64,000 bases of DNA from the human T2T-CHM13v2.0 reference genome, Homo sapiens: NCBI RefSeq assembly GCF_009914755.1, contig NC_060928.1, one strand, 5' to 3'. The notes under the pieces were generated by a model, which did no database searches, was not told the DNA's origin, and saw nothing but the letters and a program-made list of their open reading frames with translations. Both the position numbers and the translations under genes were made by a program. This document shows positions 62,521 through 64,000 of the stretch, piece by piece (positions within the stretch are counted from its first letter, which is position 1; each line of letters begins with the position of its first letter).

Positions 62521-64000
62521 AGTTTCTATACGAAGCATATTTAAGGAAATAATGTTTATCACATAAATTGGAACGTATTCTTTTATATATAAAATGCCCA
62601 ATTAATATACAACTTTAGAGTTCAGAGAACACAACAAAATAGTAGGGTGCCCACATCTGCAATATGAAGAACAATGAAGTTTTTTATGTAGGGTGTAAAC
62701 TTCAGAAAGTTGAAGGATCCTTTCTGATCTCATGTGTCCTGCTCATCAGTGTATCCCCAGCGCTGATCCTGATGCCTGATACCTAGAGAGCAATCAATAA
62801 TTAATGCTATATTGAGGAAGTGAACCAACACCCAGGATTAGAATGGAGAAAACTAATTTTTCTCCACTCTAGGTATGACCACTCAAGGTAGTACACTAGA
62901 GTAGTTCTTCTTTTTTTAATATGAATACACAAATTAATAATCCTGGAAAATATGTTCAGATTAAGTAAATAGTCAAACTTGGAGCAATTATCCAAGACAG
63001 CCATATAAGGCTGTCTGCATGGATAATAGCCATAATAATGTTGATAATTCTATGTTTAATTGTGATCGAAGCCGACATCTTTTTCCTAAAAGGGTGTGCT
63101 GAGTTTATTATGAAATTAAATTTAGGATAATTTATATTTTAGTGATCACATCTTAGAGAAAACTGCAGGCATATTTTATGATGCTAAGGTTGGAGAAATC
63201 TAAGAGTTCTCTATAGTTAATTTCCTGAAAATAGAAGTTAGTTTTCAAAAGTCCAAACAAATCAGGAAGATTAGAAACTAAAATAAATTGTCATATAAGA
63301 AATAATGAATCTATGCATTGGGGATGTTGCATTTAGTTTTCGTTACCACGATTAGGAAAGATTCTGAAAAAGGATTAAATTATCCAGAGGGGTTTAGAAG
63401 AGTATACTAAAAATATGAAAATTAGGACTCTTAAGTCTATGGAAGAAAATATAAAAGGCATTTTTGTTGAAGTTTATTAAATGATGTAAATTATTACTGA
63501 AACTGCATTTGTTTTGAATTTTCCAGTATATTAAAACAATGGCTAACAATTATAGTTGAGAGAAATATATTTAGGAAAAGTAATGCATTATTCAGCATTC
63601 TATTATCTATACTATATTAACACATGTGTTATGGGCTGAAATTACACCAGTATCACATGAGGGTAAATGGGTTGAAAGTGTAAGTTTAAAAGAGTTTCAA
63701 ATGAGTTTGTGAATGGATATCATACCCTTCCACAAATGACAGAGATGGACTATTAAATCAGAGTTGGTAGTTTTTGCTTTTGTTTACTGTGTTTCTCATT
63801 CACCCTAAATGGTCCTATCTATAACAAGCTTTGGAAAAGCACCATGCACCTGAAATTCTTGCATTCTGATGTTCATACCTAGAGAGATTTATGGTGACAT
63901 AAGCAGCCAAATAGCACAAGTGAAATTTTATATGAAGTATATGACATGCATGATTCAATATATATGCCCACTTTTAAATATACCAATAGTATATTTGGAC

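Overview
Primate (human-type) genomic DNA covering the 5' end of FAT4, the giant atypical cadherin, on the + strand. Bases 1-25.8 kb are a transposon-dense upstream region (Alu, L1, MaLR/ERV1 LTRs, Tigger/Charlie DNA elements, with deep nesting). About 28.9-32.1 kb is a CpG-island promoter. It contains an inferred ~1 kb non-coding first exon (donor at 30276) rich in uORFs, a 422-bp intron, and a 5187-bp exon (30698-35884) encoding the signal peptide and cadherin repeats EC1 to most of EC16. The remaining ~28 kb is AT-rich intron with old repeats and several short local duplications; I see no further exon. I do not see a new gene system. The most interesting unexplained signals are: a frame-closed giant exon (stop-free if circularised), a possible intronic-polyadenylation secreted isoform, the uORF/G4/Z-DNA/GGC architecture of the 5' UTR, and several template-switch or duplication scars. 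Repeat subfamily calls come from recalled consensus sequences and their boundaries are approximate.
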